From the NCBI GenBank assembly GCA_951406725.2, contig OX597824.1, forward strand, positions 83,886,001-83,950,000: 64,000 nucleotides of DNA. Reading direction: 5' to 3'. Position numbers and translations under genes: made by a program. This document shows positions 55,205-64,000 of the stretch, piece by piece (the first letter of the stretch is position 1; each line of letters starts with the position of its first letter). The notes below the pieces were generated by a model, which saw only the letters and a list, made by a program, of their open reading frames with translations, had not been told where the DNA came from and did no database searches. The stretch comes from Octopus vulgaris. Its lineage: Eukaryota.

Positions 55205-55936
55205 TTGTGTGTGTGCATGTGTGTTTGTGTATGTCTGTAATGTCTGCTGGTGTAATGTGTACAACAGACTACTCCACATTAAATTCATCACATACACTCA
55301 CACACACACAGAACACATATACACAATGCACACAAATACACACACACACACAAACACATACACACACGCACACATGCGCGCACACACACACACAAAGTGG
55401 ATGTTGTCCCTGACCACAAGAGATTCTTTCCAATAAACAGGCTGAAGATTCACAGTTTCTTTTGGCATTTCTTGGCCATTTTTTTTATTTATTTTTCTGA
55501 TAATCTATTTTCCTTTTATTTTTACCTTATTTCTTTTATTCTTTTCTTGGCTTTAACCATTGGACTGTGGCCACACTGGAACATCACTCTCAAGGGTTTT
55601 AGTCTGTCATTCTGACGACAGGCCTTCTTTCAGTCTGATATTTATTTCATTGATCTTTATTATTCATTGAACATCTAAAGATAAGAGATATAGAGTGAAA
55701 TAGATATATATATATATATAATAATAGATATTAGGGAATAAATCCAAACTTACAGGGAAAAAGCAGATTTAGGATTGAATCCAATTTTATAGTAAAATAT
55801 TATATTATATTAAATTAGAGACAAAACCACTATTAGGCAAATCATACAATGAAAAACTTAAGCCAATACATAAGATTATTTAATTTATATTATTTAAATA
55901 TATAACAAAATTATTAAAAAAATATAATTAATATAA

Positions 55937-56000
55937 CACTACAATTGTTTCATGGCTGTTAATTTCTTTAAATTTTCGAGTTACAGTCATTCATCAGGTG
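55937..56000 (-). ncRNA. Minimal type-I hammerhead ribozyme motif (Penelope-like element type), intact core
   Basis: Minus strand CAC-CTGATGA-ATGACTGT...ACAGCCAT-GAAAC-AATT-GTA-GTG. Stem I CAC/GTG, stem II 7 of 8 bp, palindromic stem III ACAATTGT, GUA cleavage triplet. Confidence 0.75.
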
Positions 56001-57727
56001 GTTTAAATATTTATCTTGGCGAAAATTTAAAGAAATTAACAGCCATGAAACGATCATAGTGTTATATTACTTATATTTTTTTAATAATTTTGTTATATAT
56101 TTAAATAATATAAATTAAATAATCTTATGTATTGGCTTAAGTTTTTCATTGTATGATTTGCCTAATAGTGGTTTTGTCTCTAATTTAATATAATATATAT
56201 ATATATATATAATTAAATAAGGGTAGAAATTGAGATTAATCAATTAAAACTAGTGGCCTAGCATATTTTTAAAAAATCCGAAGATTAAAAATTTTTTTAC
56301 ATACAAAACTTAAAGGACTGACCACTAAAAGTGGACAGTCTATATTCTAGATATAGATGCCAGAATCACTATTTTCCACGAAGAATATGTTCTCAAGGAA
56401 AAACTCGGCAAAAAAACCAAAGTTTGCCCACATCCTCAGGAAGACTACTTACTTTGGTTTTTTGCTGAGTTTTTTTCTTGAGAACACATTCTTCATGGAA
56501 AATAGCGATTTTGACGTCTATATCTAGCATATAGACTGTCCACTTTTAGTGGTCAGTCCTTTAAATTTTGTAGATATATATAAATAGAGAGAGAGAGAGT
56601 GGGGGGGGGGGAGGAATGATGTGGCTTCTATAGACACATAGAAGTAGATGAAGTTAGCACTGCAATAGAGTAAGCAAGAGAAGGAGAGAGAGAGAGACTT
56701 GTATAGAGAAGGATACCTTTTGACAGAAAGCAGCACATTTTGATACACTATTTTTCACAAGTATACAGACATCTCCCCCCCCCCCTATACACATACATGC
56801 GTGCACGTATATTATATATAAGATCATCTTCATTTTAAGTCTGATTTCTATGCTTGCATATGTTAGACAGATCACCACAAATCTGAATCAGTTCTTAATT
56901 GTAGTTATTGCCCTTGCAAACAGGCAAGGGACCACGTTTCACACAGGTTTTCTGTTTTTTGGCATGGTTTCAATATCTGGACGTCCTTCTAAACATCAAT
57001 TGTATTACAGAGTTGCAGGAACATTTCGTCATTGTAGCAACACAAAAAGGTTTGCCTGAGGCTATAGCAGAAGACATCTGCCCAATGTTCCAAGCAGTGG
57101 GACTGAACCTGAAACCATGTGGTTGGGAATAAAACCTCTTACCACACAGCCATGTTTGCATTTATATTCTTTCTTTTATTCTTTTACTTGTTTCAGTCAT
57201 TTGACTGCGGCCATGCTGGAGCACCGCCTTTAGTCGAGCAAATCGACCCCGGGACTTATTCTTTGTAAGCCCAGTACTTATTCTATCGGTCTCTTTTTGC
57301 CGAACCGCTAAGTGACGGGGATGTAAACACACCAGCATCGGTTGTCAAGCAATGCTAGGGGGACAAACACAGACACACAAACTCACACACATACATATAT
57401 ATATATATACATATATACGACAGGCTTCTTTCAGTTTCTGTCTACCAAATCCACTCACAAGGCATTGGTCGGCCCGGGGCTATAGCAGGAGACACTTGCC
57501 CGGGGCTATAGCAGGAGACACTTGCCCGGGGCTATAGCAGGAGACACTTGCCCAAGATGCCACGCAGTGGGACTGAACCCGGAACCATGTGGTTGGTTAG
57601 CAAGCTACTTACCACACAGCCACTCCTGCGCCTATTGTCTATCTTTTCGTGTATTTTTTCTTTCTTTTTTTCTTCTTATTTTTTATCTCTCATGTATAAT
57701 ATGATGATTTCTTTTGTGTTCTTTCAG

Positions 57728-57886
57728 TGCCAAAGATGAATTGGACAATGCAGAACTATTGTTTCTCTTGACTGGTGGAGTTGGTTTGGAAAACAAACTT
57801 GCCAACCCGGATACTAGCTGGTTGTCCGATAAATCATGGGACGAAATATGCAGACTCACAGATTTGAAAGCTTTCAAAGGATTTCG
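57728..57886 (+). CDS. DNAH12: DNAH12-like internal exon e
   Basis: Acceptor tctttcag|T is in phase with exon d. [52 protein letters not shown] (FLLTGG...NP..WL.DKSW.EICR) directly continues the dynein sequence. Donor CG|gtaatt. Confidence 0.93.
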
Positions 57887-58893
57887 GTAATTGTGATTAA
57901 CTCTTTTGTTACCATATTTCTATTGAAATACATTGCCTTTGTTTCAATTAATTTTTCTCTAAATAATGAAGAATTCAATAAAAATGACTGTCATTATTAA
58001 TTGGATTTTTAAGGCAGAATCATTAGCACACAAGCCAAAGTGCTTAGCAGCATCTCATCCGTCTTTACATTCTGAGTTCAATTTCCACTGAGGTCAGCTT
58101 TGCCTTTCATCCTTTCAGGGTTGATAACATAAGCATCAGTTGAGCACTGGGGTTGATGTAGTTGACCGACACCCTCCCCTAAAATGTTTTTGCTTTGTGC
58201 CAAACTTTGAAGCTATTATTAATTGGATGTTTGAGGCAGTGAGCTGGTAGAATTATTGGTGGTCTGACCAAAATACTTCGCAAGATTTCATTTGTTTTTA
58301 CACTCTGAGTTTAAATCCTATCAAGGTCAATTTTGCCTTTCATCTTTTTGGGGTCAATAAAATAAGTACTCATTGAGCAATGGGGTCGATGTGATCAGCT
58401 AATCCCTTCCCACTAAATTTCAGGCCTTGTGCCTTGAGTAAAAAAAGGGATTATTAATCTGACATTTAAAACATAAATTAATATTAAATTTTGATGGAGG
58501 GTTAATTTTAGACCACTTTAATGCAAGACATTTGGATCACTGCACCAAGAGAGGTCTCAGGCAGATTGTTATTAAGAGGGCTGAAATAACAACAATGATT
58601 GTAGCAAGCTTAGGGCAGCAAACTGGCAGAATTGTTTGCACATCAGGTAAAATGCTTAGTAACATTTCGTCTGTCTCTAGAGTCTGGTTTCAAATTCTGT
58701 TGAGGTCGACTTTGCCTTTCATCCCTTCGGGGTGGATGAAATAAGTACAAGTGGAACACTGGGGTCAATGTAATTAACTTACACCAACCCCAGAAATTGT
58801 TGGCCTTGTGCCAAAATTTGAAACCAATAATGGTAGCAAGAAAAATTTGAACATTTACCTAGAGCTACAGAGGGCTGGAGTGTGTGTATGTGC

Positions 58894-58924
<31 letters not shown>

Positions 58925-61900
58925 TATAAGTCAGTAACTTGTAACTGGATATGAACTGCTGTTGTTTACAGCTCGGTCAACTGGGCTGTGAACAGATATT
59001 TCACTCTTAATAGTTTAGTCACTAAAAATAGGTACTACCATTTTGTAGGATCACTATACTGTGTCCATGACAAAGACAGACCAATTGACCCAGTTATATA
59101 TAGATGCCACAGTATGATATGAATCACTATATTGTGTTATAGATAAGACCTTTCATTGTCAACAATCCAGTTTAGCTAACTTAAAATTTACACCTGTGTT
59201 GTAAAATGCACAGTACTGTGTCCATGTCCACTTAGCTGTCAACAATCCAACCCAACTAGCTGTAAAAAGGTGCCATAATGTGTTTCATTTCCCTACACTG
59301 TTTGCATAACCTAGACTCTTATCATCAACCATCCACTCTTTACTGAATTTGTAAGTCAATAACTTTGTACACTTTTTTTTGTTAAGGATGATCTCATTAC
59401 TGCTGAAGTTGGCTGCACCCCACCATTCCCCTAAAAAGGATCTGTATGAGTATATACATAAAAACGTAGCCTCATCTACTGAGAGATAAATATCATTTAA
59501 TATACACTGGTAGAAACGCTTATATACAGGCGAAATGCTTAGCGGTATTTCGTCTGCCGTTACATTCTGAGTTCAAATTCCGCCGAGGTCGACTTTGCCT
59601 TTCATCCTTTCGGGGTTGATAAATTAAGTACCAGTTGTGTATTGGAGCCGATCTAGTCACCTGGCCCCTCCCCACAAAATTTTCAGGCTTTGTGCCTAGA
59701 GTAGAAAAGAATATACACAGTATTTAAACATGAGCTTCTAATAGTTTCATGTTGAGGAAACACAATATTTGGCAGATTTAAATAACATGCCTTGTGTCTC
59801 TGAGCTGTCCTTCTGCTGAATGATTGTGTTTCCATGGCATGAAACTGTTAGAAGCTTGCATTTAAATATTGTCTATATATATATAAAACTTACTTGGAGG
59901 AAGACATGTGCGTTCAATCATATAATAACAATTTAATAAATAAAACATATGCATACATACATATATGTACATACATGCATATATGGGTACAGGACACCAC
60001 AAAAAAACATAGAACACAAGAAACGAAAGCATAAAAACAAAACAAGGAAACGGACTTTTTTTAACAACGAAAAAACAGAGTACAAGACATACAACACAAG
60101 GAAAATTCCCCTTCTTCAGCTGCCCCTGTTTCGACTCAATGCATGTTTCGAAGGTAAGGGCAGAACACGACTACATTGAAACAGTCTTTCCCGCAAAGCA
60201 AGGGGCGGATGAAGAAGGGGAATTTTCCTTGTGTTGTACGTCTTGTACTCTGTTTTTTCGTTGTTAAAAAAAAGTCCGTTTCCTTGTTTTGTTTTTATGC
60301 TTTCATTTCTTGTTGTGTTCTACGTTTTTTCGTTGTGTCCTGTACCCATATATGCATGTATATATACATATAGATGTAGGTATGTACTTATATGTACGTA
60401 TGTATGTATATGTTTTATTTATTAAATTGTTATATATGATGATGATGATGATGATATATATAAATATATATATCAACACACACACACAGAGGTACACATG
60501 CATGAACATACCTGCATTTAACAGGTTTCACATTTGATTTCTGAGTTATGTGGAGTTGTTGCAAGCTGTATCTATACTACCCATTGTTCTAAAAATCTTC
60601 TATATGTATGTATGTATGTGTGTATGTATGTATGTATTTATTTACATACATATGTATATACATGCAGCTTAAAATTAAAAAAAAGTAAATGAACAGGTCA
60701 CACTTTATTAGTCAAACTACACATTTACGACATAGCATCCAGAGTGACTGTGTTACTGATTATTACGATTACACAAAGTGGCCTCTTAGTGAAAATGGCT
60801 TCAGAATTAAAATAAGTTTGAAATGCCTGTCTCTTCTCATGTCCCATGAGAATCACAGCCAATTTGGCAGCTACTTAAACCACCTGCAGATAGGTTTCCC
60901 TAATTAGCTTCTAACATAGATCAGTGGCAAGTCACTTAGCATTTGGCTTGAATAAAATACATACCGCAGATTATAAAGATGTATGGTAGGCGCTAACGTG
61001 GCTGTGTAGTAAGGTGTTTGCTTGCCAACCACAGGGTTCTGCATGATACCTTAGGCAGGTGTCTTCTACTATAGTCATGTGAGTGGATTTGGTAGCTGGA
61101 AACTGGAAGAAACCTACTGTGTATATATGTATACACACACATAGACAGGCACAGGCATGGCTGTGTGGTAAGAAGCTTGCTTCCTAACCACATGGTTCCG
61201 GGTTCAGTCCCACTGCATGGCACCTTGGGCAAATGTCTTCTATTATAACCTCAGGTTGACCAAAGCCATGTGAGTAGATTTAGTAGATGGAAACTGAACG
61301 AATCCCATTTTATATATATATATGTATATATTTGTGTCTGTGTTGTCCCCTCCACCATCACTTGACGACCAATGTTGGTGTGTTTCCATCCTCTTGACTT
61401 AGTAGTTCAGCTAAAAAGACCGACAGAATAACTACTAGGCTTACAAAGAATAAGTCCTGGGGTCAATTTGTTCGACTGAAACACCTTAAGGTGGTGCTCC
61501 AGGATGGCCACAATCAAATGACTGAAACAATTAAAAGAATAAAAGAATGATAAATAAAACAATATATTGGTTTCAAATTTTGGCACAAGGCCAGCAATGT
61601 TGTGGAAGAGAGAAAGTCAATTACATTAACCCCAGCATTCAACTGGTACTTGTTTTATTGACCCCTGAAAGAAAAGAAAGGCAAAGTTGACCTCAGCAAA
61701 ATTTGAATTACGATTTATTTATAGTACAGTTTATTTGCCAAAAGAATGTGGTAAGTAGCTTGCTTACAAACTGGACAATGTTACTGTTGTTTAAGCCCCA
61801 AGGAAACATGTTTTCTAGCTGGCTATTGACACACAGTCTATGTCCGTATAGTGTTTGCAAGGGAGGTCATTGCTCCTATCTCCAGCTTTACCTGATACTC

Positions 61901-62736
61901 ACAGATCATGGTTTCTGGGTTTTCTTTTTTTTATTCTTTTATTCTTTTACTTTTTTCAGTCATTTGACTGCAGCCATGCTGGAGCACCGCCTTTAATCGA
62001 GCAACTCGACCCTGGGACTTATTCTTTGTAAGCCCAGTACTTATTCTATCGGTCTCTTTTGCCGAACCGCTAAGTAACGGGGACATAAACACACCAGCAT
62101 CAGTTGTCAAGCAATGCTAGGAGGACAAACACACACACGCATATATATATATACATATATACGACGGGCTTCTTTCAGTTTCCGTCTACCAAATCCACTC
62201 ACAAGGCTTTGGTCGGCCCGAGGCTATAGTAGAAGACACTTGCCCAAGGTGCCACGCAGTAGGACTGAACCCGGAACCATGTGGTTGGTAAACAAGCTAC
62301 CTACCACACAGCCACTCCTGCGTGGTTACCTATTCTCAGTGTGAGACAATCACTGGCTCATATATATCTGTGTGCATGTATATATATGTATATATATATT
62401 CTCTTTTATTGTTTCAGCCATTTGACTGTGGCCATGCTGGAACCTAGTACTTATTCTATCGGTCTCTTTTGCCAAACTGCTAAGTTACGGGGACATATAC
62501 ACACCACCATCGGTTGTCAAGTGATGTTGGGGGACAAACATATGCGCACACATACATATATATATATATATACATATATACGACGGGCTTTTTTCAGTTT
62601 CCATCTACCCACTCATAAGGCTTTGGTCGGCCCGAGGCTATAGTAGAAGACACTTGCCCAAGGTGCCATGCAGTGGGACTGAAGTTGAAACCATGCAGTT
62701 CGTAAGCAAGCTACTTACCACACAGCCACTCTTACG

Positions 62737-62775
<39 letters not shown>

Positions 62776-63241
62776 CTGTTGTTATATCATACAAATCTGG
62801 CAGAGATCTTCCCCATCACCACCACCCTCCATCTAATGTTTGCGTGGTCTCGACATGAGAGCCTGAGTAATGAGATATAAACTGGCCTGAACATCTAATA
62901 AGCTTATCTATCATCTACAATATATTTACAAAGCCTTTGAGTACTATTTACTTTGTATTATATTGTAAATAGAAATACTTGAAAATATAACGTTATGTGT
63001 GTACGTGAGTCTGTGTGTGTGAGTGCATGCATTCTTTTATTTGCTTCAGCCATTTGACTGCGACCATGCTGGGGCACCACCTTTAGTCAAACAAATCAAC
63101 CTCAGGACTTATTCTTTGTAAGCCTAGTACTTATTCTATCGGCCTCTTTAGCAGAAATGCTAAGCTATACGCCATAGAAACCGGGAAATCAGACCCATGA
63201 GCCTGGCTAGGCTTTAAAAGGGCGCATTTATTATTTTATTT

Positions 63242-63275
<34 letters not shown>

Positions 63276-63286
63276 TATACATATAC

Positions 63287-63324
<38 letters not shown>

Positions 63325-63522
63325 TAAATATTAGGGAATAAATCCAAATTTACTGGGAAAAAATCAGATTTAGGATTAAATCCAATTTTATAGTAAAATA
63401 TTATAAAATATTATTAGAGACAAAACCACTATTTTGCAAAACAAACAAGGAAAGACTTAATCAATACATAAAATAAGTCTTTCCTTGTTTGTTTTGCAAA
63501 ATAGTGGTTTTAATCTCTAATA

Positions 63523-63561
<39 letters not shown>

Positions 63562-64000
63562 GCATACACATGCACACATTCATATAAAGGTGTGTGTGTC
63601 TGTGCGTGTATGTGTATATGTATCTATGTATATATAGCTGTATGGTTAAGAAGTTTGCTTTTCAGCCACATGGTTTCTGTTTCAATCCTGGTCCAGAGCA
63701 CCCTGAGCAAATGTCATCTTCTACAGTCTCGAGCTGGTATTCAATCATCAAAACCAGGAAACCCACTGAGCTACACGCTAGTTTGTGGCAGGGTGGGGAG
63801 TGTAAACATAACATCGCCATCATCCAGACAGTATCAATGCAAAGACACTCATGAGTAAACACTCATGCACACACACACACACACACCTCTGTATATACTG
63901 TTCTTGAGATGTTGAACCTTACACAAGATGACAAAAGAATGTATCAAATGGTGAAACAGTGTGCTGAAAAGGACTCATACAGGCATGGAAAAGTAGATGT

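Overview
Repeat-rich, AT-rich eukaryotic genomic DNA; the repeat landscape resembles a coleoid cephalopod, probably Octopus (inferred from recalled repeat families, not proven). The window holds five + strand coding exons of an axonemal inner-arm dynein heavy chain, best match DNAH12. All have GT-AG boundaries with compatible phases, and intron 4 is about 40.8 kb. Introns are filled with tRNA-derived SINEs, LINE fragments, Tc1/mariner, pogo, Merlin and Helitron remnants, and microsatellites. Two things stand out. (1) Inside the giant intron on the minus strand is a chain of a 90-nt start exon, four micro-exons (9/13, 29, 22 and 25 nt) and a terminal exon. They splice in phase to a 40-aa peptide with a charged N-terminus and a C-terminal hydrophobic helix: a candidate nested, antisense micro-exon micropeptide gene invisible to ORF calling. 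(2) At least seven type-I hammerhead ribozyme-like motifs and many long fold-back hairpins, typical of Penelope-like element termini, are mostly inserted in or next to microsatellites. Nearly all ORFs in the supplied track are microsatellite or SINE artefacts.
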